From the NCBI GenBank assembly GCA_001792535.1, contig MGGS01000001.1, positions 1 through 47,694 of the forward strand: 47,694 nucleotides of DNA, in the 5' to 3' direction. The DNA is from Candidatus Woesebacteria bacterium RIFCSPHIGHO2_02_FULL_42_20 (GTDB lineage Bacteria > Patescibacteriota > Microgenomatia > UBA8517). A program made the translations under genes and the position numbers. Below are positions 38,472 through 46,761 of this stretch, piece by piece (position 1 is the stretch's first letter; each line of letters begins with the position of its first letter). A model generated the notes under the pieces. That model did not search any database and was not told the origin of the DNA. It saw only the letters and a program-made list of their open reading frames with translations.

Positions 38472-38735
38472 ATGGGCGGTGTGCAAGTAAGAAAAAGAGA
38501 CGACGGGAGTATGCAGCCTTTTGATCGAAACAAAGTTTATAGCTCTTTGACTGCTGCAGGTGCCAACTCCAATGAGGCGGAATGCCTGACTGTATTGATG
38601 GAGCATTGGGTGACCAGAAATGTTCAAAATGAAGTAGTCAAGTCGTCCGATATACGGGGTGTTTTGATTGAGTTGCTCAAGATATTGAATCCTGGGGTCG
38701 CCATTGCTTTCGAGTCGTACAAAAAACCGGTTTAG
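38472..38735 (+). CDS. Stand-alone ATP-cone domain protein
   Basis: VRKRDDGSMQPFDRNKV...SSDI...L...L....A..F..Y; GGAGGTG ribosome-binding site. Confidence 0.85.
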   Translation: MGGVQVRKRDDGSMQPFDRNKVYSSLTAAGANSNEAECLTVLMEHWVTRNVQNEVVKSSDIRGVLIELLKILNPGVAIAFESYKKPV

Positions 38736-38745
38736 TCGGGTTTTT
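38721..38745. terminator. Weak, possibly bidirectional hairpin between convergent genes
   Basis: AAAAAA-CCGG-TTTAG-TCGG-GTTTTT; short stem. Confidence 0.3.
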
Positions 38746-39826
38746 AGATAATATTAACTTCTGGCTCGAGTTTAAGATCGTAGTTTGTATATATATCTTC
38801 TTGCATTTTTTGAGAAAATTCCAATATTTCTTGGCCCGTGGCATTCCCGTGATTAATAATAACTAAAGCATGTTTTTCGAAAGTTCCCACATTTCCTATT
38901 CGCTTACCTTTCCAACCAAGTTCGTCTAGCAGCCTGCCGGCTGGGATTTTGACGTAATTGGCCATCTTAAAAATCGGGTCATCGGGGTCGGGATAAAGCA
39001 TTTCGTTGACTGGATATGCCTGAAGATTAGGTACCACTTTGAGTAGTTGGCGATATTTATTTTTAGTGACTACCGGATTTTTAAAAAAACTTCCCGCGGT
39101 ACCGACTTTTGTCCAGTCAGGCATTTTAATCCTGCGTAGGTTGGTAACAGCTTGGGCGACGATTTTTGGAGTGAGATTGTTTAGGTCTGGAACAATTTTA
39201 ATAAGCTCTTGTTTAAGTGATTCGTATGGAGCGCTGCCAAAATAGTCTGTGCTAAAGTGAGGTGTTTTTGACAACTTGACTGAAACCGAAGTAATAAAGA
39301 ATTTATTTTTGAGTTCGTGCTTAAAAATGCTGTCTCTGTAATAAAATTTACATTCGTTTTTTGTAATGGTTTCTAATTTGTTTGTGTCCAAACTGATGCC
39401 TTCAACCTCTTTTGTCACCGCTCCAAAATTTTGGCCATAGGCGGCAAGGTTTTGAACGGGCGCGGCCCCTATTGTTCCGGGTATCAGGCTAAGGTCTTCA
39501 ATTCCCGATAATCTGTTATTTACAGACCACATTACAAACTTGTGCCAGTTTTCTCCTGCGTTTACTTTGACTAAGACCTCTTTTGTGTCATCGCTCAGTA
39601 TTTGTTTTTTTGGAATAGAGATCTTGATCACCAATCCGTCAAAATTTTGTGTGAAGAGGGTATTTGTCCCGTCGCCCAAAATATGGAACTTTTCTACTTT
39701 TAAAAGCGAACTTTTGCTAATTTCCCGCAAGTCTTCACGCTTTTTTATTTCTACAAAGTATTTCGTCTTGATATTAACTTTGAAGGAGTTAAGCCTTTTT
39801 AGGTTATAGTCGGTAATAATTTTCAT
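38744..39826 (-). CDS. murB: UDP-N-acetylenolpyruvoylglucosamine reductase
   Basis: LGDGTNTLF, AGENWH, IPGTIGAAPVQN..AYG, YRDSIFK, AGSFFKNP, HALVIIN, LEPEV. Confidence 0.96.
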   Translation of the reverse strand: MKIITDYNLKRLNSFKVNIKTKYFVEIKKREDLREISKSSLLKVEKFHILGDGTNTLFTQNFDGLVIKISIPKKQILSDDTKEVLVKVNAGENWHKFVMWSVNNRLSGIEDLSLIPGTIGAAPVQNLAAYGQNFGAVTKEVEGISLDTNKLETITKNECKFYYRDSIFKHELKNKFFITSVSVKLSKTPHFSTDYFGSAPYESLKQELIKIVPDLNNLTPKIVAQAVTNLRRIKMPDWTKVGTAGSFFKNPVVTKNKYRQLLKVVPNLQAYPVNEMLYPDPDDPIFKMANYVKIPAGRLLDELGWKGKRIGNVGTFEKHALVIINHGNATGQEILEFSQKMQEDIYTNYDLKLEPEVNII

Positions 39827-39879
39827 ACAACTAAGTTAAATTATATCTCTAACACCTCAAAAATGGTAAAATTGGCAAG

Positions 39880-41169
39880 ATGTCCAAGCCATTTTTCTTT
39901 ATTTCCTCTGATCCTTTTAGGGCAGTTGGCTTGGCACTATTTACAAGCGATTTTGTCTTGATATGCGAAAAGCACTCTTACGTTGTTGACTGGCTAAGCC
40001 GTCGGGGAATAAAGGCTTTGGTTTTAAAATCTAACTACAACAACAGCGGCAAAATTCTTGCGGAAGCGAAAGTGGGCAAATTTATTTCAGATTACTCGGG
40101 CGGTATCACTCCCGAAATTTTGGTGTTTAAGCCATCTGCAAAAATTGACTTACTAGCCAGAAACAAAGGCTATAAGTTGCTTGCCAACAGTGCGGTACTA
40201 AATAAAAAGTTCGAGGACAAGACAAGTTTTTATAAACTTTGCCTTGACAATAATCTGGAAGTTCCAAAAGGGTTCGTAGCTAGGTTTGGGGAGGTCGATT
40301 TCGAAAGAGCTAAAAGTAAATTGGGTTTACCTCTTGTAATTCAATTCGGTAGGGGTTGGGCAGGCGGAACCACTTTTTTTATAGCCAACGCCAAAGATTA
40401 TTTGAGTCTTCAAAAGAAATTCCATAAGACCAAGGTAAAGTTTTCACAAAAGGTCGAAGGTATTACTGTCCTTAATAATGCGTGTATTACAAGTGATGAT
40501 CAAGTATTGGTTAGTCAGCCCGCCATTCAATTGTCAGGTGCGCTCTTTGGCCAGAGTGAAGCTGTGACTTTCGGTAGGCAATGGGGTGGGAACTTAATAC
40601 CCGACGAGCAAGAGGCTAGAATTGCCACAATCACCAAGAAGGTAGGACACATTATGGCGCAAAGCGGATATAAAGGCTGGTTTGGCTTGGATTTTATACT
40701 AAGCACTGACGGAGAAGTTGTACTCTCTGAAAACAATGCCCGGCTGACTGCTTCCTTTTCTTTTTATACGCAACTTGAGGTATTAAACGGATCTGATGTC
40801 ACTTTGTTGGCGAGTCACATAGCCGCTTTTGCCCAGAGAATAGCTGGTAGTTGGCATGTTCCTAAAGTGGTTGGCTCTCAAATTAGCTTGAGAACCGGCT
40901 CGCGAGGAGAAAAAGTTGTTAAAAAAAGTTTGCAAGCAGGTATTTATGGCCGTGATCTTAAATACAGGCGCGACGGGGTAGGTTTGGTGGATTTAACCGA
41001 TCAAAGCGAAGTTTTTATTAACTTTCCGGATTACGGCACTCTATTGCCGCAAAATAGTCAGCTGGTCACTATTGAAACTCGTAACCAAGTGCTTAAGAAT
41101 GAGCATAATGTTTACCCTTGGCTAGCTAAAGTAGCAAAGTATACGGAAAGTAATATACTTTATGAATAA
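39880..41169 (+). CDS. ATP-grasp fold ligase of unknown substrate
   Basis: FEDK..F..L...NLEVP, PLVIQ...GWAGG.T, Q.VEG, GWFGLDF, ENNAR (ExN). Confidence 0.8.
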   Translation: MSKPFFFISSDPFRAVGLALFTSDFVLICEKHSYVVDWLSRRGIKALVLKSNYNNSGKILAEAKVGKFISDYSGGITPEILVFKPSAKIDLLARNKGYKLLANSAVLNKKFEDKTSFYKLCLDNNLEVPKGFVARFGEVDFERAKSKLGLPLVIQFGRGWAGGTTFFIANAKDYLSLQKKFHKTKVKFSQKVEGITVLNNACITSDDQVLVSQPAIQLSGALFGQSEAVTFGRQWGGNLIPDEQEARIATITKKVGHIMAQSGYKGWFGLDFILSTDGEVVLSENNARLTASFSFYTQLEVLNGSDVTLLASHIAAFAQRIAGSWHVPKVVGSQISLRTGSRGEKVVKKSLQAGIYGRDLKYRRDGVGLVDLTDQSEVFINFPDYGTLLPQNSQLVTIETRNQVLKNEHNVYPWLAKVAKYTESNILYE

Positions 41170-41863
41170 GAATGTTGTTCTGATACATGGCTGGGGTTCT
41201 TCGACTTTGAAGTTGGATAAGCTGTCAATGGACTTGGAAGAGCTTGGTTGGCAAGTGTTGTTACTGCCACTTCCCGGCTTTGATTTACAGCCTCCAAGTA
41301 CAGTATGGGGAGTGAAAGAATACGCCGACTACATTTACAAAGAGTCGTCAAAATTTTTTAATGGGTCACACTTTGTTGTCTTTGGCCATTCATTTGGGGG
41401 TAGAGTGGCAATTAATATTGGCGCAAGAAGGTTACCTGCTACCGAGGGAATTGTTTTGTGCGCAACTTCGGGTGTTTCAAGAGGAAATAAAGCTAAAAGG
41501 TTTGTATTTAGCACACTTGCCAAATCTGGCAAAATTATTTTGGGTAAGAGGCCGAGAAAACTCTTTAAGAGCTTTCTTCATAAACTTTCCCGTGAGCATG
41601 ATTATGAAAAGTTGGAAGGGGTAATGAAAGAGATTTTTAAAAAAGTGGTAGCCTACGACTCACTACCAGAAGTCAAGAAGATTAAAGTGCCCGTTTTCAT
41701 TATTTGGGGGGATAGTGACCGTATGACACCTTTGGCTGACGCAAAGAAACTAAAATCTTTAATCGGCCGTTCTAAGCTGTACGTTTTTAAAAATTTGGGT
41801 CACACCTTGCCTTACGTACGGCCAAAACAAATTGCAAAATTAATTGACCAATGGAAAATATAG
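41162..41863 (+). CDS. Alpha/beta hydrolase
   Basis: IHGWG, LPGF, GHSFGG, IWGDSD..TP, GH. Confidence 0.92.
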   Translation: MNKNVVLIHGWGSSTLKLDKLSMDLEELGWQVLLLPLPGFDLQPPSTVWGVKEYADYIYKESSKFFNGSHFVVFGHSFGGRVAINIGARRLPATEGIVLCATSGVSRGNKAKRFVFSTLAKSGKIILGKRPRKLFKSFLHKLSREHDYEKLEGVMKEIFKKVVAYDSLPEVKKIKVPVFIIWGDSDRMTPLADAKKLKSLIGRSKLYVFKNLGHTLPYVRPKQIAKLIDQWKI

Positions 41864-43422
41864 TTGATTTGGTAATAAAACTAGTCCTTATTGCCCAGAT
41901 AGTTTACGAGTCTCTTGTCATTACCTATTGGGTGCAGCAAAAAGAATATCGTTGGGACAGATTTAGAAGTTTTGTTAAAAGCAGGGAGGGACTGTTTACC
42001 CTTAATGTTCACTTTATAGCCGCTAAAGTTGCTTCGTTGTTTTTTTTGCCGTTTTTAATTTCTCTGATTATTGTCGGCTTTATCCTATTAGTTTACTTAG
42101 ACAAGATTAGGACGAAGGGTCTTACAAGGCCAATTTTTACTTTAAGAGCAAGAGAGGTCTACTTGACCCTAGTTAGCCTTGCGTTTTTGGCGAGTGCCGT
42201 CGGCAGTATTATCTTTGCTCAGTTAAGCCTGCTCATTTCGCCCATCATTGGTGTTTATTGGTCGGGTCTCCTTGTCAGGCGAACACTCAGAAAGGAAGTT
42301 TTACAGGCAGAAGCTGTTTTTAGAAATGTCAAGCCAAAAGTTGTTGGAGTCACGGGCAGTTATGGCAAGACTACAACTAAGGAATTTATTGCTACCCTAC
42401 TTTCACGAAAGTATGTTGTTGCCAAAACAAGAGGTGGAGAAAATACTCTTTTTGCTATAGTTCGCACAATTATCCATAATTTGCCCGGCAGCACTCAAGT
42501 TTTTGTTGTTGAGATGGGCGCCTATAAGCGGGGGGAAATTAAACACATAACTGATATAGTTCGACCAACTATAGCAGTCGTGACCGGTATTGAACCTCAG
42601 CACTTGGATCTGTTTGGGTCAATTAAAAATATCCAACTGACCAAATACGAACTTATAGAAAGTTTGGGAAAAGGCGGCGTTGCCGTCCTGAATTATGGCA
42701 ATAGTTATTGCAGGCAAATAGGGCAGTGGGCAAAAGAAAGCGGCGTAAAAGTTTTAAGCTATTGCCTTGGCCCAAGACAGAGAAGTCTGGCTGTGGATTT
42801 GTCTGCCCGAGTTTTGGAAATGTCGGGCAAGGGTGTAAAGGTTGAATTTGATTATAAAAATAAAAAGAAAACACTTGAATTTAAATTTGCTGGAGCGCAT
42901 TTTGTCGAAAACGCAATGGCGGCAATATTAGTCGCTTTTGTGATGGGATTAGACTGGAAAGACGTGGGTAAAGTGAGCGATGAACTATCCACATATGAGA
43001 AAACTATGAAGGTATATAAAACAAAAAGCGGGGCGACTATAATTGATGATTCGCACAACAGTACTCCCAAGGCCTTTGAAGCGGCACTAGCGTATCTTGA
43101 CGAGTTTCAAGGAAGAAAAACTGTGTTCACGCCTGGAATTATTGAATTAGGATCTGTTTCAGACAAAGTTCATACTAGGTTGGGTAAGCTATTGGCTTCA
43201 AAGGTAGACGAAGTAGTTTTGACAAGAAAAGGATTCGAGTCGGCACTAAAAAAGGGCCTTGGAAGCTCCGTTAAAATACTTAAGATTTCTGATGGGAATC
43301 CTAATTATTTAAGCGAGTTGTTTAAAGAAAGTGCTACTCAAAAAGGTATTATTATTTTATTGGAGGGAAAAATGCCTAAGGCGATTTCATATCAATTGGA
43401 GAATCTTGAAACAGATGTTTGA
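41851..43422 (+). CDS. murF: MurF with N-terminal membrane domain
   Basis: About 4 N-terminal TM segments; GVTGSYGKTTTKE, VEMGAY..GEI, QHLDLFGS, IIDDSHNS.P, TPGIIELG. Confidence 0.88.
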   Translation: MENIVDLVIKLVLIAQIVYESLVITYWVQQKEYRWDRFRSFVKSREGLFTLNVHFIAAKVASLFFLPFLISLIIVGFILLVYLDKIRTKGLTRPIFTLRAREVYLTLVSLAFLASAVGSIIFAQLSLLISPIIGVYWSGLLVRRTLRKEVLQAEAVFRNVKPKVVGVTGSYGKTTTKEFIATLLSRKYVVAKTRGGENTLFAIVRTIIHNLPGSTQVFVVEMGAYKRGEIKHITDIVRPTIAVVTGIEPQHLDLFGSIKNIQLTKYELIESLGKGGVAVLNYGNSYCRQIGQWAKESGVKVLSYCLGPRQRSLAVDLSARVLEMSGKGVKVEFDYKNKKKTLEFKFAGAHFVENAMAAILVAFVMGLDWKDVGKVSDELSTYEKTMKVYKTKSGATIIDDSHNSTPKAFEAALAYLDEFQGRKTVFTPGIIELGSVSDKVHTRLGKLLASKVDEVVLTRKGFESALKKGLGSSVKILKISDGNPNYLSELFKESATQKGIIILLEGKMPKAISYQLENLETDV

Positions 43423-44671
43423 TAAACCTATTGCTATATCACTTTCACCAAACACCGAGCCCGACGACGTTCGTTTGGCCATAAAAGAATTACTAATCTT
43501 TAACGGTTGGTATGCATCTGCTAAAATTACTGCGCTTGAAAGTACACTAAACGATTACTTCGGTGACGGTTTTAAATCCCTCGCCGTCAACAGTGGCAGG
43601 AGTGCCCTGTACCTGATTTTGGAAACCTTGGGGATTGGCGGGGGGGACGAGGTTATAATCCAAGCATTCACTTGCGTCGCGGTTCCAAATTCTGTCCTTT
43701 GGTGCGGCGCAAAACCGGTATATACGGATGTCGACGATAATTATAACTTGGATGTAAATACTTTGGAAAAGAAAATAAACAAGAATACGAAGGCAATAGT
43801 TGTTCAGCATACATTTGGGCTTCCTGCAAGGATAGAGGAGATTAAAAAGATCGCGGTAAAACATAAACTTCATTTAATTGAAGATTGCGCTCATTGCTTG
43901 GGTGGAACTTATAAGGGGCGGAAACTTGGCACTTTTGGCGATATAGCGTTTTTAAGTTTTGGCCGCGACAAGGTGTTATCGGCTGTTTTTGGCGGCGCTG
44001 TAATAACGAGAAACGATAAAATATTTAATTTGATCACTGCAAAAATTGAAAGGCTGAAATTTCCAAGTAGGTTTTGGGTATTGCAGCAGCAACTACACCC
44101 CATACTTTTTAGTTTGCTTCTACCTGTTTATAACTTGGGTATTGGTAAGTTTACCCTTGGTAAGTTTTTGCTTTTTTTCTTTCAAAGAATTAAATTACTT
44201 TCCTTGCCTGTTTATGAAAAGGAGAAATCGGGAGGTAAAATTGATTTGTTTCCCAGAAAGATGCCTGGATCGCTGGCTTCATTGGCTAAGCACCAATTTA
44301 CAAAGCTAAATAGATATAATCGGCACAGAAGGGAAATAGCACGGCTTTACTTTGATGGCCTGAAGGGTACAAAAGTGATAACGCCCAATTATGATAAAAA
44401 TTCGGTTTGGCTTAGATACCCTGTAAGGCTAGATAAAGCCGGCGAGTTATTTGAATACGCAAAGGCAAGAGGTATGCTTCTTGGCAGGTGGTATAAGAGT
44501 GTAATTGAGCCCGCGAAGGACCTTTCGGTTGTTGGTTATGAACTGGGATCTTGTCCAAACGCGGAGAAGCTCGCCCGAACCGTCTTGAACCTGCCTACTT
44601 ACCCTGGTTTAAATGGTACCGATGTACAAAAAGTTATAGCTATGATAAAAAAATGGTCAATTACAAAGTAG
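43415..44671 (+). CDS. DegT/DnrJ/EryC1/StrS family PLP aminotransferase
   Basis: NSGRSAL, GDEVI.QAFTC, QHTFG, IEDCAH, SFGRDK, CPNAE, LNLPT; start at ATG 43415. Confidence 0.9.
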   Translation: MFDKPIAISLSPNTEPDDVRLAIKELLIFNGWYASAKITALESTLNDYFGDGFKSLAVNSGRSALYLILETLGIGGGDEVIIQAFTCVAVPNSVLWCGAKPVYTDVDDNYNLDVNTLEKKINKNTKAIVVQHTFGLPARIEEIKKIAVKHKLHLIEDCAHCLGGTYKGRKLGTFGDIAFLSFGRDKVLSAVFGGAVITRNDKIFNLITAKIERLKFPSRFWVLQQQLHPILFSLLLPVYNLGIGKFTLGKFLLFFFQRIKLLSLPVYEKEKSGGKIDLFPRKMPGSLASLAKHQFTKLNRYNRHRREIARLYFDGLKGTKVITPNYDKNSVWLRYPVRLDKAGELFEYAKARGMLLGRWYKSVIEPAKDLSVVGYELGSCPNAEKLARTVLNLPTYPGLNGTDVQKVIAMIKKWSITK

Positions 44672-45678
44672 TCGAGATTAACGATCAAAAAGTGTGGGAT
44701 GGTTTTGTAGTATCGACACAGCCACAGTCATTTTTACAATCCTGGAATTGGGGCGAAACCAATAGCAAGTTGGGTAAGCAAGTTTGGCGATTGGGCTATT
44801 ACGATAAAAAAACATTAGTTGGGGTATGTATGGCAATTATGGAAAGCGCAAAACGTGGCCCACACCTGCTAGTTCCTGGCGGCCCAGTAATAAACTGGAA
44901 AAATAAAAAGCTTGTAGATATATTTGTCGAGAGCGTTAATAATTTAGCCAGAAAAGAAAGGGTTTGGTTTGTGCGTTTCCGTCCAGAGCTACTTGACAAT
45001 TCTCGGCACCGTTCGCTTATGAAAAGCTTGGGATTTGTAGTCTCGCCGATGCATCTGCATGCCCAAAATACATGGGTATTGGATATCAGTCGAAGCGAAG
45101 ACGAAATTATGTCCGGCATGCGCAAAACTACCAGGTATTTAATCCGTCAGGCCATTGGACTAGACGATTTGAAGGTAACTTTTAGCAATTCCAATCAAAA
45201 TGTTAGCGTATTAGGTCAACTGCAAAAGGAAACTGCTTCGCGCCACCGGTTTGTTGGTTTTAGTCAAACACTGTTTAAAGCCCAGATGGACACTTTTGGT
45301 GGTGACGAACAGGCATTTCTGTTTGTCTGTTATCACAGAAGTATTCCTCTTAATGCGGCGATAATTATTTTTTATAATGATATAGCTTATTATCATCACA
45401 GCGCATCCACACTAAAGTTTCCAAAGACCCCTTCATCGTATTTGTTGCAATGGGAGATCATCAAAGAGGCTAAAAGAAGAGGCTGTAGAAAATATAACTT
45501 ATGGGGAATTGCACCAACCGACGATCCCAATCACAGGTTTTATGGCGTAACTGTTTTCAAAAAAGGTTTTGGTGGTCTAAGAGTTGATTGGTTGCCGGCC
45601 TTCGACATACCACTAAGTAGTTTTTATTGGCTGACACATTTTTTTGAGAAAATTAGAAAGAAAGTGCGCCGACTTTAG
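44653..45678 (+). CDS. FemAB/FemX family aminoacyl-tRNA:peptidoglycan transferase
   Basis: FLQSWNWG, GGP, MRKTTRY.IR, YLLQWE.I..AK..G...YNLWG, GV..FKKGFGG; start at ATG 44653. Confidence 0.9.
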   Translation: MVNYKVVEINDQKVWDGFVVSTQPQSFLQSWNWGETNSKLGKQVWRLGYYDKKTLVGVCMAIMESAKRGPHLLVPGGPVINWKNKKLVDIFVESVNNLARKERVWFVRFRPELLDNSRHRSLMKSLGFVVSPMHLHAQNTWVLDISRSEDEIMSGMRKTTRYLIRQAIGLDDLKVTFSNSNQNVSVLGQLQKETASRHRFVGFSQTLFKAQMDTFGGDEQAFLFVCYHRSIPLNAAIIIFYNDIAYYHHSASTLKFPKTPSSYLLQWEIIKEAKRRGCRKYNLWGIAPTDDPNHRFYGVTVFKKGFGGLRVDWLPAFDIPLSSFYWLTHFFEKIRKKVRRL

Positions 45679-45696
45679 TTTCTTGTATAATAAAAC

Positions 45697-46758
45697 TTGA
45701 CGATGTCCGGAACAAATTCCTTAAGCCTGATTTTAGGGTTAGTTCTTTTTTCCTTTTCGTTTACGAGTGTTCTTATTGTTCCGTTTATAGATATTTTATA
45801 CAAGCTTAAGTTTCTTCGTTTTAAAGAAGCTCCTAAGCTGGGTAAGGTGCCGTTAATCGATAAACTTTTGGACAAAAAAGCCGGAGTACCGACCGGCGGG
45901 GGGATATTGCTCGTAGCCATTGTTACTCTGCTGTTTTTGATACTGATTAGAATTCTTTCTTCTTCAGGTTTCTACATACAATCCTCTCACAACCTTTACT
46001 GGGAGATTTTCATATTGATTTTTACATTTATATCTTTTGCTCTATTGGGCTTATCTGACGATTGGCTAAAAATATTTGGTAAACCCAAAAAAGGAACTCT
46101 AGGGTTGTGGTTTGGGTTAAATCGGAAACTAAAATTCATCCTACAATGGACGCTTGGTTTTACAGTCGCTTTTCTGATTTACCATTTTCTGGGTATAAGT
46201 ATTGTTCATATTCCGGTTATAGATAAAGTTATTAATTTAGGGGTATTTTATATACCCTTGGCGGCCTTAATAATTGTTTTTTTTGCAAATGCTTTTAACC
46301 TCACCGACGGCCTTGACGGTTTATCTTGTGGTTTGTTGCTAATATTTCTAGTCTCCTACATTTTTATTACGGCCACAGCTCTGGACACACCCCTTTCTGT
46401 TTTTATTTCTTTGTGGATAGGAGCCCTGATCGCCTTTCTCTATTTTAATGTTTGGCCTGCGAGAATTATTTTGGGTGACACTGGCGCACTGTCCTTCGGT
46501 GCAACGGTTGCGGTTATAGGTTTACTGACCGGGAACATTGCGGTAGTCTTTGTGATCGGTGGCCTGTTTGTGATTGAATTGGTTAGCTCCGCGATACAAA
46601 TACTTGGTTGGAAGACACTGAAAAGACCACTATTGCCGCTTGCGCCTATTCATCACACCTTTTTAGCAATAGGTTGGGAAGAACCAAAAATTGTTACCAG
46701 AGCTTGGTTGGCTGGAATAATTTTAGCTATTCTAGGTTTATGGTTGTCGACGGTTTAA
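45697..46758 (+). CDS. mraY: Phospho-N-acetylmuramoyl-pentapeptide transferase
   Basis: KKAGVPTGGG, DD.LK, NAFNLTDGLDGL, ILGDTGAL, APIHH.F; start is TTG 45697 or ATG 45703. Confidence 0.95.
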   Translation: MTMSGTNSLSLILGLVLFSFSFTSVLIVPFIDILYKLKFLRFKEAPKLGKVPLIDKLLDKKAGVPTGGGILLVAIVTLLFLILIRILSSSGFYIQSSHNLYWEIFILIFTFISFALLGLSDDWLKIFGKPKKGTLGLWFGLNRKLKFILQWTLGFTVAFLIYHFLGISIVHIPVIDKVINLGVFYIPLAALIIVFFANAFNLTDGLDGLSCGLLLIFLVSYIFITATALDTPLSVFISLWIGALIAFLYFNVWPARIILGDTGALSFGATVAVIGLLTGNIAVVFVIGGLFVIELVSSAIQILGWKTLKRPLLPLAPIHHTFLAIGWEEPKIVTRAWLAGIILAILGLWLSTV

Positions 46759-46761
46759 CTC

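Noticed and set aside
39880-45678. Vancomycin-resistance (van) or RiPP cluster
   Set aside because: The ligase lacks Ddl/Van motifs; no VanH/VanX/VanRS genes or precursor-peptide and transporter set was seen
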